Part shown: positions 18,301 to 28,693 of the stretch, one piece after another | Layout: each line of letters opens with the position of its first letter | Position numbering within the stretch: position 1 is the stretch's first letter | Assembly (NCBI GenBank): GCA_947167635.1 | Contig: CAMVIT010000003.1 | Span: 26,299 to 90,298 of the forward strand | Length of the DNA stretch: 64,000 bases | Direction of reading: 5' to 3' | From: an uncultured Bacteroidales bacterium | GTDB lineage: Bacteria; Bacteroidota; Bacteroidia; Bacteroidales; WCHB1-69 | Notes under the pieces: model-generated | Database searches by the model: none | What the model was told of the DNA's origin: nothing | Seen by the model: only the letters and a program-made list of their open reading frames with translations | Made by a program: the position numbers and the translations under genes

Positions 18301-18311
18301 AAAAGAGAGCG

Positions 18312-18319
18312 CAAAAGTA
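18312..18319 (-). promoter_or_regulatory. -7 box TACTTTTG upstream of the 17344..18300 / manA operon
   Basis: Minus-strand TTACTTTTGCGC, 11 nt before the ATG at 18300. Confidence 0.55.
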
Positions 18320-18363
18320 ATAAAATTGTTGCTACATAACGTGCAATATTCAGTTTTGTTTTA

Positions 18364-18371
18364 TATCTTTG
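18364..18371 (+). promoter_or_regulatory. -7 box TATCTTTG upstream of 18397..19287
   Basis: TATCTTTGCAGGC, 25 nt before the ATG. Divergent from the box at 18312. Confidence 0.55.
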
Positions 18372-18396
18372 CAGGCTCATTATAAACATCCTTGTT

Positions 18397-19287
18397 ATGA
18401 AAACTTTGAAAATCATCAAAAAAGAGTACCAACGCATTGGTTACGACGAAAATGACATCCAGCCGGTGGAGTATCTGGAGGTCTCCGCGCAGTACAACGA
18501 CCACGGACAGATCCTTCGAGAGGAGCGTTTCGATCCAGATGGCAATCTTAACACCCTGACGGTCAACAATTACAACGACAACCACCTTCTTTTGAAGACG
18601 GAGCAGTACGACATGGACAGCATCCTTCTGCAAAAGACGGTGAACGAGTATGACGATCGGCAGCAGTTGGTGCAGGAAAACAACTATTTTGGCGAGAGCG
18701 ACCAGGTTTACATCACGAAACTCGTTTACGACGAGGATGGCAATTTGCTGCGACGGGAGATGTATTTCGAAGGGCAGCTCGACTATGTGGAAAACCTCTA
18801 CGAATACAAGGATGGTTTGTTGGTCAGGGAGGTGGAAAACGACGAATATGGCAAGGAGCTCAATGTCCACACCTACTCCTACAACGACAAGGGGCTGCTG
18901 GCCCGGCATGTTCGCGACGAGGTGCAGAACAAGGATCGCCGTACCTATGAATACACTTACGATGACAACGACAATTGTATCAAGGAGTTGGTGTATGATT
19001 ACGACAATGCCCTCATCGCCAAGGTCTATCGCAGATATAACGAGGATGGTAAAATGGTGGAGACCGAAGAGGAGGATTTGGATCATTATCGCAAAATCAC
19101 CTTGGAATATGACGGTGAGCTTGTGGTCAAGAACTCCATCCTTGACCGTGACGGGAACCTGCAGGGATGGGCGGAGTATTCCTACAACGAGGACGGGAAG
19201 GAAAACGCCTCGCGCGAGTTCATCAAAGACGAGGTGCAACCCGACCATTTCCGCCAGTTGCGCGAAACCAGATATGTAAGAGAGTAG
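18397..19287 (+). CDS. cytoplasmic YD-like beta-hairpin repeat protein, unknown function
   Basis: 296 aa, no signal peptide. At least 12 copies of a Y(D/N)xxGxL-type motif at ~17-22-aa spacing (YDEDGNLLR, YNDKGLLAR, YNEDGKMVE, LDRDGNLQG and others). Confidence 0.7.
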   Translation: MKTLKIIKKEYQRIGYDENDIQPVEYLEVSAQYNDHGQILREERFDPDGNLNTLTVNNYNDNHLLLKTEQYDMDSILLQKTVNEYDDRQQLVQENNYFGESDQVYITKLVYDEDGNLLRREMYFEGQLDYVENLYEYKDGLLVREVENDEYGKELNVHTYSYNDKGLLARHVRDEVQNKDRRTYEYTYDDNDNCIKELVYDYDNALIAKVYRRYNEDGKMVETEEEDLDHYRKITLEYDGELVVKNSILDRDGNLQGWAEYSYNEDGKENASREFIKDEVQPDHFRQLRETRYVRE

Positions 19288-19367
19288 GGGGAAAACAATT
19301 ATTCAGGGATTCCTCCGTTATTATCCGGAAGCTTTTGCAAACCAAGAGCCGCTTCGTACATTTTTTG

Positions 19368-19375
19368 TATTTTTG
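19368..19375 (+). promoter_or_regulatory. -7 box TATTTTTG (TATTTTTGCGGC) upstream of serS
   Basis: 20 nt before ATG 19396. Confidence 0.6.
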
Positions 19376-19395
19376 CGGCTTAAAATTTTTGAGCA

Positions 19396-20667
19396 ATGTT
19401 ACAAATACAACTTTTACGCGAAAATCCGCAAGAAGTCATTGATAGATTGAAGATTAAAAACTTCGATGCAACCGAATTGGTGGCTCAGATCCGCCAGCTC
19501 GACACAGAAACCCGTAATCTCAAGAAGGGGCTTGACGACAACCTCATGGAGCAAAACAAGGGAGCGAAGGAGATCGGCAAGCTCTTCAAGGAGGGCCGCC
19601 GCGACGAGGCCGAGGTACTCAAGGCCCGCATGGCCGAGCTCAAGGAGAGCGAGAAGCGCGACCGCGCACGCATGCAGGAGGCCGAGGCCGAATTGCAGGA
19701 AAAGATGGTGCTGCTTCCCAACCTGCCCAACCATGCCGTGGCTCCCGGCAAGGGTGCCGAGGACAACGAGATTGTCTATACCGAAGGCGATGCCTCCAAC
19801 ATGGGTCCTGATGCCCTGCCCCACTGGGACTTGGTGAAAAAATACGATATCATCGACTTCGAGTTGGGCAACAAGATTACGGGCGCCGGATTCCCCGTCT
19901 ATAAGGGCAAGGGAGCCCGCATGCAGCGTGCCCTCATCGACTTTTTCCTTGACAGTGCCATCGAACACGGCTTCACCGAAATACAACCCCCGTACATGGT
20001 CAACGAGGATTCCGCCTACGGCACAGGCCAGCTGCCTGACAAGGAGGGCCAGATGTACCACTGCCAAGTCGATAACTTCTACCTGATCCCTACCGCCGAG
20101 GTGCCCGTCACCAACATCTACCGCGACGTCATCCTCAAGGAGAGCGACTTCCCGTTGAAGAACTGCGCCTATTCCGCCTGTTTCCGTCGCGAGGCCGGCT
20201 CCTATGGCAAGGATGTGCGCGGACTCAACCGCCTGCACCAATTCGACAAGGTCGAAATCGTCACCATTGAACATCCGGACCGCTCGTATGAGACTTTGGA
20301 GAAGATGACCGACTACGCCAAGAGTCTGCTCACCAAGCTGGGTCTGCCTTTCCGCGTGCTGCGTCTTTGCGGTGGCGACATCAGCTTCACCTCCGCGCTC
20401 ACCTACGACCTTGAGGTCTATTCCAAGGCCCAGCAGAAGTGGTTGGAAGTCAGCTCCGTGTCCAACTTCGAGTCCTATCAGGCCAACCGTCTGAAGTTGC
20501 GTTTCAAAGACGCCAACGGCAAAACCCGCTTGGCACACACCCTCAACGGCAGTGCTCTCGCCCTGCCTCGCGTGCTGGCCGCCATCCTCGAGAACAACCA
20601 AACCCCCGAAGGCATCATCGTGCCCGAGGTGCTGCGCCCCTACACCCATTTCGACATGATCGACTAA
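19396..20667 (+). CDS. serS: serine--tRNA ligase
   Basis: 423 aa. N-terminal coiled-coil arm, then class II motifs 'FRREAGSYGKDVRGLNRLHQFDKVE' and 'LNGSALALPR'. Confidence 0.96.
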   Translation: MLQIQLLRENPQEVIDRLKIKNFDATELVAQIRQLDTETRNLKKGLDDNLMEQNKGAKEIGKLFKEGRRDEAEVLKARMAELKESEKRDRARMQEAEAELQEKMVLLPNLPNHAVAPGKGAEDNEIVYTEGDASNMGPDALPHWDLVKKYDIIDFELGNKITGAGFPVYKGKGARMQRALIDFFLDSAIEHGFTEIQPPYMVNEDSAYGTGQLPDKEGQMYHCQVDNFYLIPTAEVPVTNIYRDVILKESDFPLKNCAYSACFRREAGSYGKDVRGLNRLHQFDKVEIVTIEHPDRSYETLEKMTDYAKSLLTKLGLPFRVLRLCGGDISFTSALTYDLEVYSKAQQKWLEVSSVSNFESYQANRLKLRFKDANGKTRLAHTLNGSALALPRVLAAILENNQTPEGIIVPEVLRPYTHFDMID

Positions 20668-20675
20668 CCGCCGAA

Positions 20676-22550
20676 ATGAAACGCATCCTCTTTGTTTTCT
20701 TGCTCGTGCTGTCCTGCGGCGCGCTCTGGGCCCAACAGAGCGACGACGAAAAGCTGGCTTTGCAATATTACAAGGACAAGGAATTTGACAAGGCCATCAC
20801 ACTCTTTGAGAAAATACAGAACCAAAAGCCGAACTCTTACATATACTATTATTACTACGCCTCCCTGATGGAACTGGAACGCTATTCCGATCTGGAAAAG
20901 CTGACCAAGAAACAGATCAAGGCGTTTCCCAACGTGCAACGCTACAAGGTCGATCAAGGATATGCCTACGAACGGTCGGGCGACAACGCCAAGGCGGAAA
21001 AGATCTACCAAGACCTCATCAAGAGCTTGCAAGCCAAAGAGTTTTCCGTGCAGGAACTCTACAGTGCCTTCTATTCGCGTGCCAAATACGACTATGCTAT
21101 CGAGACGATTTTGAAAGGGAGAAAAATGCTGAATAACAGCAACCTCCTGTCCAAGGAACTTCTCTCTATCTATCAACATCTTAACCAAACGGACCGGATT
21201 ATCGAGGAGGTGCTCTCTCTTGTGAAAGACGACAACTCCGCCAACTTGGAGCCTGCGCAAAACGCTCTCCAGAACCTTCTGCTTGACGACGAAGACAACC
21301 AGAAATACCTGGCTGTCAAAGGAACTTTGCAGAAATATTCCCAAAAATCGCCTGACAACATCTGCTATCTGATGCTGCTCTCCTGGATTAACCAACTGCA
21401 CAAAGAGTACGGTGAGGCGCTGATCCTGGCCAAGGCTATCGACAAACGGCAAAAAACGGAATGCATCCGCACCTACGACCTGGCCTGCGTTGCAGCCGAC
21501 AACCACGACTATACCACCGCCATCGAAGCGTTGGAATACATCATCTCCAAAGGAGAATCTGTACACAACTACGTCCAGGCCAAGATGAAAATTCTGGATG
21601 TCAGATATTCGCAGCTCACAGAAACCTATCCTGTCAAAATGGTGGATGCCATCAATCTTGAGCGGGATTTCAAGAAGGTGTTGGATGAGAATGGCATGCA
21701 CTCCGGCACAGCCGATTGGATTCGAAAATACGCCCATCTGCTCGCCTTTTACGTCAACAAGCCCCAAGAGGCCGTCAATGTGCTCACCGAGGCGATGAAC
21801 AACGCCACCCGTGACCCGAAGGAGAAGAACCAGTTCAAGATCGACCTGGCCGATGTGCAACTCTACATGGGCAATGTGTGGGATGCCACGCTCAACTATT
21901 CGCAAGTCAACAAAGACCTGCCTAACGACGATCTCGGCAACGAAGCCAAGTTCAAGAACGCCAAGCTCTCCTTCTACATCGGCGAGTTTGACTGGGCCAA
22001 GAGCCAGCTTGACGTGCTCTCCTCCGCCACCACCAAGCTCATCGCCAACGATGCCATCTATTTCTCCTTGCTCATTTCCGACAACCAGGAAGAGGAGGAG
22101 GAAGAAGAAGGCGAAGAGGAGGACACCACATACTTGCTCTTCGAGAAACCCTCCACCAACATGCCGCTCCTGAAATATGCCGAAGCCGACTTTCTCATTT
22201 TTCAGAACAAGGACGACAAAGCGCTTGAAAAACTCGACTCCGTCATTGCGCTCGCACCCTTTGGAACGCTGGTGGACGATGCCCTCTACCAAAAGGCCCT
22301 CATCTTCATCAAACGCAAGGATTACCTTGGTGCCGAGAATTTGCTCAAGAACATCATCGAAAACCACGGTACTGAATTGTTGGCCGACGATGCCATTTTC
22401 AAGTTGGCGGAACTGTACGAGTACTACATCAAGGATATTCCCAAGGCCATGGAGTATTATCAGAAGATCTTGAAAGACCATAGTGGCAGTCTTTTTGTGG
22501 TGGAAGCCCGGAAGCGTTATCGCGCTCTTCGCGGCGACAACGTAGAATAG
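20676..22550 (+). CDS. secreted tetratricopeptide-repeat protein
   Basis: The ORF track entry starts at 20439 inside serS. I use ATG 20676 (MKRILFVFLLVLSCGALWAQQ signal peptide). TPR-like helical repeats throughout, with an acidic insert 'NQEEEEEEEGEEED'. Confidence 0.8.
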   Translation: MKRILFVFLLVLSCGALWAQQSDDEKLALQYYKDKEFDKAITLFEKIQNQKPNSYIYYYYYASLMELERYSDLEKLTKKQIKAFPNVQRYKVDQGYAYERSGDNAKAEKIYQDLIKSLQAKEFSVQELYSAFYSRAKYDYAIETILKGRKMLNNSNLLSKELLSIYQHLNQTDRIIEEVLSLVKDDNSANLEPAQNALQNLLLDDEDNQKYLAVKGTLQKYSQKSPDNICYLMLLSWINQLHKEYGEALILAKAIDKRQKTECIRTYDLACVAADNHDYTTAIEALEYIISKGESVHNYVQAKMKILDVRYSQLTETYPVKMVDAINLERDFKKVLDENGMHSGTADWIRKYAHLLAFYVNKPQEAVNVLTEAMNNATRDPKEKNQFKIDLADVQLYMGNVWDATLNYSQVNKDLPNDDLGNEAKFKNAKLSFYIGEFDWAKSQLDVLSSATTKLIANDAIYFSLLISDNQEEEEEEEGEEEDTTYLLFEKPSTNMPLLKYAEADFLIFQNKDDKALEKLDSVIALAPFGTLVDDALYQKALIFIKRKDYLGAENLLKNIIENHGTELLADDAIFKLAELYEYYIKDIPKAMEYYQKILKDHSGSLFVVEARKRYRALRGDNVE

Positions 22551-22579
22551 TTTGACAATCAAAGCAGTATAAGACAATC

Positions 22580-23389
22580 TTGAAAAAGCCCGCGAAGACA
22601 AACTCATATTCGGAAGTCAAGGCCAAGAAGCGGTTGGGGCAGCATTTCCTCAAGAACGAGGAGATTGCCCGTCGCATTGCGGAGGCCGTGCGCACCCCCG
22701 ACGCCCATGTGCTTGAGGTGGGTCCCGGCATGGGCGTGCTCACCCAATATCTGCTCCAGCAGCCCTTTGCCTCCCTCTCCGCTGTTGAGCTTGACGAGGA
22801 ATCCGTCGCCTACTTGCAAGAGCATTTCCCGCAGTTGGGCGACAATCTCATTGCGGGCGATTTTCTGCGCATGGACCTTTCCGCCCGCTATCCCGGCAAG
22901 TTTGTCATCGTGGGTAACTTTCCCTATAACATTTCATCGCAGATTCTCTTCCGGTTGCTCGAGTACCGCGACCAGGCCGTCGAGCTGGTCGGGATGTTCC
23001 AAAAGGAGGTCGGGGAGCGTGCCACCGCCAGCCCTGGCAACAAGCAATACGGCATCGTCAGTGTGCTGCTCCAGGCTTTTTACGATACCGAATATCTCTT
23101 CACGGTGGGGGAACACGAGTTCAACCCGCCGCCACAGGTCAAATCCGCCGTCATCCGCGTCACCCGCAATTTCGACAAAAAGCTGCACTGTGACGAAAAT
23201 ACCTTCAAGACGGTGGTCAAAACAGCCTTCAATTACCGCCGCAAGACGCTTCGCAACGCCTTGCAGTCGTTGCCTTTTCCGCCTGACATCGTGGCCGCCG
23301 ACCCCCTCTTCGCCCTCCGTGCTGAACAACTCTCCCTGCAGGATTATGAAAGACTCAGCAACCTCTTGATTCGAAACGAGGAACAATAA
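22580..23389 (+). CDS. rsmA: 16S rRNA (adenine1518/1519-N6)-dimethyltransferase
   Basis: 269 aa with a TTG start. 'LGQHFL', 'VLEVGPGMGVLT', 'GNFPYNISSQIL'. Confidence 0.9.
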   Translation: MKKPAKTNSYSEVKAKKRLGQHFLKNEEIARRIAEAVRTPDAHVLEVGPGMGVLTQYLLQQPFASLSAVELDEESVAYLQEHFPQLGDNLIAGDFLRMDLSARYPGKFVIVGNFPYNISSQILFRLLEYRDQAVELVGMFQKEVGERATASPGNKQYGIVSVLLQAFYDTEYLFTVGEHEFNPPPQVKSAVIRVTRNFDKKLHCDENTFKTVVKTAFNYRRKTLRNALQSLPFPPDIVAADPLFALRAEQLSLQDYERLSNLLIRNEEQ

Positions 23390-23446
23390 GACCAAAAGTG
23401 TAGTCCGATTAAACATTTCCCTTTCGAAACCAATCAAAATAATTCG

Positions 23447-23454
23447 TAATTTTG
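23447..23454 (+). promoter_or_regulatory. -7 box TAATTTTG upstream of the I42-inhibitor/GT2 pair
   Basis: 25 nt before ATG 23480. Confidence 0.55.
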
Positions 23455-23479
23455 CACCGGAAATAAATCATACAAGAAA

Positions 23480-23857
23480 ATGAAAAGACTCATTTATATC
23501 AGCATGTTGTTGCTTTTGATGACAGGTTGCCAATCCCAGAAAAAAATCGTCTCCGTCAGCAAGGAGACCAATGAGTTCACCATGCGCAAGGGACAATATT
23601 GCGAAATCGCTTTCCGTACGAACGCTTCCACCGGATTCTGGTGGCAGTTGGCAAACAAGGATGAGATCACCATTGTGGATTCCTTGGAGTCGCGTTACGA
23701 AAGCGACGCCCCGAAGGGCATGGTAGGAGCCTCCTCTAACCGTTATTGGAAGTTCTACGCCAAAGAGAAAGGCACTCAGACGCTGAGGTTTGTTTATGCC
23801 CGCGACAAGCAAGACGAGGCGATCAGAACCCGCGAGGTCACCATCACTGTCAAGTGA
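23480..23857 (+). CDS. lipoprotein, chagasin-like (I42 family) peptidase inhibitor
   Basis: 125 aa. Lipobox LLLMTGC. 'NASTGFWWQ' and 'GASSNRYWKFYAKEKGTQTLRFVY' fit the NPTTGYxW / GxGGxxxFxF pattern of family I42. Confidence 0.6.
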   Translation: MKRLIYISMLLLLMTGCQSQKKIVSVSKETNEFTMRKGQYCEIAFRTNASTGFWWQLANKDEITIVDSLESRYESDAPKGMVGASSNRYWKFYAKEKGTQTLRFVYARDKQDEAIRTREVTITVK

Positions 23858-25095
23858 TGCCCGCCCCCCGTCTGTTCGTCGCCATCCCCGTGATGGATGA
23901 ATACGACCACTTGCCCCTCACGCTTCAGGATTTAAAGGAACAGGTGGATGTTTCCTCTTTTGACACCTACATCTGCGTAAACCAGCCCGACGACTACTGG
24001 CAACAGCCGGAGAAGAGAGGCTTGTGTGAGCGCAACGTGCAGACACTGCGCTTGTTGGAGCAAGAAGTTCAAGATACGGCTCAAAGCGGTGCTGGTATGC
24101 TGCTTCATGTGTTGGACCATGCCTCGCCGGGCAAGGGCTGGCAGGGGCGGAAGCGTGGTGTGGGCTGGGCCCGCAAGACGCTCTTCGACACCATCATGCA
24201 GGTGGCCGGTGCCGATGACCTCATCGTCAGCTTGGATGCCGATACCCGTGTGCCCGCCGACTATCTGCACGCCGTGACCGAGGCCATGGTGCTGCATCCC
24301 GAATGGCCGGCGCTCTCCGTGCCCTACTACCACCCGCTCACGGGCAACGAAGCCCAGGACCGGGCCATCTTGCGCTATGAACTCTACATGCGCAACTACG
24401 CCCTTAACCTCTACAAGATCGGAAGTCCGTACAGTTTCACCGCCCTCGGGTCCGCCATCGTCATGCGCGTGGGCGCCCTTGCGAAAATCGGCGGCATAAC
24501 GCCCGTGCAGAGCGGTGAGGACTTCTACCTGTTGCAAAAATTCCGCAAGATGGCATCTATCGGAAATTACTGCAACACCACGGTTTATCCATCCTCCCGC
24601 CTCTCCGACCGCGTCCTTTTCGGCACCGGTCCCGCCCTCATCAAAGGAACGCAAGGCGATTGGGAAAGCTATCCTGTTTACCATCACAGCCTCTTTGAGA
24701 GCATTGCCGAAACCTACCGGCGGTTGCTGCAACTCTACCGTGAAGAGGTGGAGACAGACTTCCTCCTTTTTCTGCAAAAACAGTTCAACGAAGAACATAT
24801 TTGGGACAAAATCCGGCATAATGTGACCGATTTCCGACATTTTGCAATGGCCTTTCACCAGAAAGCCGACGGCTTGCGCATCCTGCAGTATCTTCGCCTC
24901 AAACATCGCGAGTCGCCGATGTCAGCAGAGGAATCGTTGTTTGAAAACATGGTCCGATGGATTCCGGAAAAAGTTCCTTCCTGGCTCAAAAAAGAGGCCG
25001 CATTTGCTGATCTCACCACCGAACAGATGGACAAAATCCGGAAATTATTATTCGGGATTGAAAATGAATGTCGTAGAAATAATTTTTCCATATAA
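23857..25095 (+). CDS. family-2 glycosyltransferase
   Basis: The ORF track entry starts at 23746. I use ATG 23857 (MPAPRLFVAIPVMDEYDHL), which overlaps the upstream TGA (TGATG). 'VSLDADTRVPADY' is a DxD-type motif. Confidence 0.75.
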   Translation: MPAPRLFVAIPVMDEYDHLPLTLQDLKEQVDVSSFDTYICVNQPDDYWQQPEKRGLCERNVQTLRLLEQEVQDTAQSGAGMLLHVLDHASPGKGWQGRKRGVGWARKTLFDTIMQVAGADDLIVSLDADTRVPADYLHAVTEAMVLHPEWPALSVPYYHPLTGNEAQDRAILRYELYMRNYALNLYKIGSPYSFTALGSAIVMRVGALAKIGGITPVQSGEDFYLLQKFRKMASIGNYCNTTVYPSSRLSDRVLFGTGPALIKGTQGDWESYPVYHHSLFESIAETYRRLLQLYREEVETDFLLFLQKQFNEEHIWDKIRHNVTDFRHFAMAFHQKADGLRILQYLRLKHRESPMSAEESLFENMVRWIPEKVPSWLKKEAAFADLTTEQMDKIRKLLFGIENECRRNNFSI

Positions 25096-25113
25096 AGCTA
25101 TGGATAAAAATAT

Positions 25114-25121
25114 TATCTTTG
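25114..25121 (+). promoter_or_regulatory. -7 box TATCTTTG upstream of gapA
   Basis: 45 nt before ATG 25167. Confidence 0.55.
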
Positions 25122-25145
25122 CACGCTTATTTCAGCAACACATAA

Positions 25146-26177
<1,032 letters not shown>

Positions 26178-26213
26178 TCAAAACCCCATTTTGCCTTTTA
26201 TGGCATCAAAAAA

Positions 26214-26245
26214 GGAGGATGTTGAAAAACGTCCTCCTTTTTTTT
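26214..26245 (+). terminator. rho-independent terminator after gapA
   Basis: GGAGGATG-TTGAAAAA-CGTCCTCC followed by T8. 8-bp stem with one G:U pair. Confidence 0.8.
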
Positions 26246-26281
26246 GTTTGTTATGGTTTTGCAATCAAAAAGCAATTTTCG

Positions 26282-26289
26282 TACTTTTG
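26282..26289 (+). promoter_or_regulatory. -7 box TACTTTTG (TACTTTTGCAGC) upstream of metG
   Basis: 28 nt before ATG 26318. Supports the shorter metG start. Confidence 0.6.
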
Positions 26290-26317
26290 CAGCCTTAAAA
26301 TAAAATCATATCAAGAC

Positions 26318-28366
26318 ATGGAAAATCCTAAACGATACACGGTTACTTCTGCCCTGCCCTACGCCAACGGCCCCGTCCACATCGGCCACCTCGCCGGCGT
26401 CTATATCCCTGCCGACATTTACGCGCGCTACCTGCGCAACAACGGCAAGGAGGTGCTCTTCATCGGCGGCTCCGACGAGCACGGCGTGCCCATCACCATC
26501 AAGGCCCGCAAGGAGGGCGTGACCCCGCAAGATATCGTGGACCGCTACCATAACATCATCAAGCAATCGTTCGAGGACCTCGGCATCTCCTTCGACATCT
26601 ACTCCCGAACCTCAAACCCCACCCATCACGAAACCGCCGCCGCCTACTTCAAGAAGCTGTACGACGAGGGCAAGCTCATCGAGAAGACCTCCATGCAGTA
26701 CTACGACGAGGAGGCCAAACAGTTCCTCGCCGACCGCTACATCACCGGCACGTGCCCGCACTGCAAGAACGAGCACGCCTACGGCGACCAGTGCGAGGTG
26801 TGCGGCACCTCCCTGAACGCCACCGACCTCATTGATCCTAAATCGACACTCAGCGGCAACACCCCTGTGCTGAAGGAGACCAAGCACTGGTATTTGCCTC
26901 TGGACCAGTACGATCCGTGGCTCCGCGAGTGGATCCTCAAGGGACACAAGGACGACTGGCGCCCCACCGTCTATGGCCAGTGCAAGTCGTGGATTGACCA
27001 AGGACTGCAGCCCCGCGCCGTCACCCGCGACCTCAACTGGGGCGTGAAAGTCCCCCTGGAAGATGCCGACGGCAAGGTGCTCTATGTCTGGTTCGACGCT
27101 CCCATCGGCTACATCTCCGCCACCAAGGAGTGGGCCGAGGCGCACCACACCGACTGGCAACCCTGGTGGAAAGACCAGGAGACCCAGCTGGTGCACTTCA
27201 TCGGCAAGGACAACATCGTGTTCCACTGCATCATATTCCCCTGTATGCTGAAGGCTGACGGCTCTTACATACTGCCCGCCAACGTGCCCGCCAACGAGTT
27301 CCTGAACCTTGAGGGCGACAAGATCTCCACCTCCCGCAACTGGGCCGTCTGGGCGCACGAATATCTCCACGACTTCCCCGGCAAACAGGACGTGCTGCGC
27401 TACACGCTCACCGCCATCGCGCCGGAGACCAAGGATGCCGACTTCACGTGGGCCGACTTCCAGGCGCGCAACAACAACGAGCTGCTGGCCATCTTCGGCA
27501 ACTTCGTGAACCGCACCGTGGTGCTCACCCACAAATACTACGGAGGTATTGTGCCTGCCCCGGGCGAGTACTCCGACTACGAGAAGGAGATTGTGGCCAA
27601 GATGGCCGAGTTCCCCAAGACCATCGGCGACTCCATCGAGCACTACCGTTTCCGCGAGGCGCTGCAGGAGTTTATGAACCTGGCGCGCATCGGCAACAAG
27701 TACCTCACCGAGACCGAGCCGTGGAAGAAGCAGAAGGAGAACCCCGAAGCCGTGAAGACCATCCTGCACCTGTCGCTGCAGATCTGCGCCTCGCTCTCTG
27801 TGCTGTGCGAGCCGTTTTTGCCCTTCACTGCCAAGAAGTTGCAGCACATTTTGAACATTGACAACAAAAACTGGCAGGATGGTGGCCGTGCCGACCTGCT
27901 GCAGGTGGGCGCGCAGCTCAACCCTGCCGAATACCTGTTCGAGAAGATTGAGGACGCCGTCATCGCCCAGCAGATCCAGAAGTTGGAGGACACCAAGAAG
28001 GCCAACGAGATTGCCACCGCCGAGGCCGTGGCTGCCAAGGAGGACGTCACCTTCGAGGAGTTCCAGAAGATGGACTTGCGGGTAGTCACCGTGTTGGAGG
28101 CCGAGAAGGTGGCCAAGACCAAGAAGCTGTTGAAGTTGAAGGTGAACACGGGCGTGGACGTGCGCGAGATCGTGTCGGGCATTGCCGAGTATTACGAGCC
28201 GCAGGACCTTGTGGGCAAGCAGGTGCTGATGCTCATCAACCTGGCCCCGAAGAACATCAAGGGTGTGGAGTCGCACGGAATGGTATTGATGGCCGAGCAC
28301 GCCGACGGCACCTTGAGCCTGATGCAGCCGCAGAAGGCGGTGAAAGAGGGGAGCACGGTGAAATAA
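26318..28366 (+). CDS. metG: methionine--tRNA ligase (with C-terminal tRNA-binding domain)
   Basis: The ORF track entry starts at 26219. I use ATG 26318 ([24 protein letters not shown], the HIGH motif). Zinc knuckle 'CPHC...CEVCG', 'KISTSR' (KMSKS), and an EMAP-like C-terminus. Confidence 0.96.
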   Translation: MENPKRYTVTSALPYANGPVHIGHLAGVYIPADIYARYLRNNGKEVLFIGGSDEHGVPITIKARKEGVTPQDIVDRYHNIIKQSFEDLGISFDIYSRTSNPTHHETAAAYFKKLYDEGKLIEKTSMQYYDEEAKQFLADRYITGTCPHCKNEHAYGDQCEVCGTSLNATDLIDPKSTLSGNTPVLKETKHWYLPLDQYDPWLREWILKGHKDDWRPTVYGQCKSWIDQGLQPRAVTRDLNWGVKVPLEDADGKVLYVWFDAPIGYISATKEWAEAHHTDWQPWWKDQETQLVHFIGKDNIVFHCIIFPCMLKADGSYILPANVPANEFLNLEGDKISTSRNWAVWAHEYLHDFPGKQDVLRYTLTAIAPETKDADFTWADFQARNNNELLAIFGNFVNRTVVLTHKYYGGIVPAPGEYSDYEKEIVAKMAEFPKTIGDSIEHYRFREALQEFMNLARIGNKYLTETEPWKKQKENPEAVKTILHLSLQICASLSVLCEPFLPFTAKKLQHILNIDNKNWQDGGRADLLQVGAQLNPAEYLFEKIEDAVIAQQIQKLEDTKKANEIATAEAVAAKEDVTFEEFQKMDLRVVTVLEAEKVAKTKKLLKLKVNTGVDVREIVSGIAEYYEPQDLVGKQVLMLINLAPKNIKGVESHGMVLMAEHADGTLSLMQPQKAVKEGSTVK

Positions 28367-28398
28367 AATTAAATATTAAAAATTAAGAATTAAATTAT

Positions 28399-28435
28399 GG
28401 GGTGATGCGTGAAAGCGCGTCGCCCCCTGTTTTTA
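28399..28435 (+). terminator. rho-independent terminator after metG
   Basis: GGGGTGATGCG-TGAAAG-CGCGTCGCCCC (11-bp stem with two G:U pairs) followed by CTGTTTTTA. Confidence 0.7.
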
Positions 28436-28693
28436 TTAGGCGGTTATATACATGATGGCACAAGGTTGGCATGGACAGTTCTCCAAACAACGTTTTTTCC
28501 AACGCCTCCCTTTCGCGGCGAGCCAGTTCCATGCCTCTTGGATGCCGACTCCCGCGCCGGACTGCCAAAATATCAAGACACAGGAAAACAGATTGCCATT
28601 CACATTTTTCTTATCTTTGCAATTTCTTTTTTGTAACCAATTTTTTTATGAAAAAATAATATACAATCACAACCCTGCTAAAAACATCATACA

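Noticed and set aside
20664-22607. Very long antisense ORFs. These are 647 aa opposite the TPR gene, 562 aa (26612-28300) opposite metG, 475 aa (47834-49261) opposite guaB, 411 aa (19414-20649) opposite serS, 422 aa (53282-54550) opposite sppA, 488 aa (37046-38512) opposite SulP, 528 aa (59416-61002) opposite the FtsX permeases, 341 aa (11256-12281) opposite miaB and 331 aa (2116-3111) opposite the Fe-S gene.
   Set aside because: In every case the sense-strand protein carries unmistakable family motifs. The antisense translations are low-complexity (rich in G, V, H, L, D and A) with no signal peptide or motif. Stop-free antisense frames are an expected by-product of strong GC3-biased codon usage.
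26219-26317. N-terminal extensions suggested by the ORF track for metG (26219), the TPR gene (20439), GT2 (23746), the giant adhesin (29386), the Fe-S protein (2053), guaB (47753) and the MacB ATPase (57842).
   Set aside because: The extensions overlap upstream genes, terminators or the TAnnTTTG promoter boxes. The downstream ATGs give canonical N-termini (a signal peptide, or conserved first motifs such as the HIGH region).
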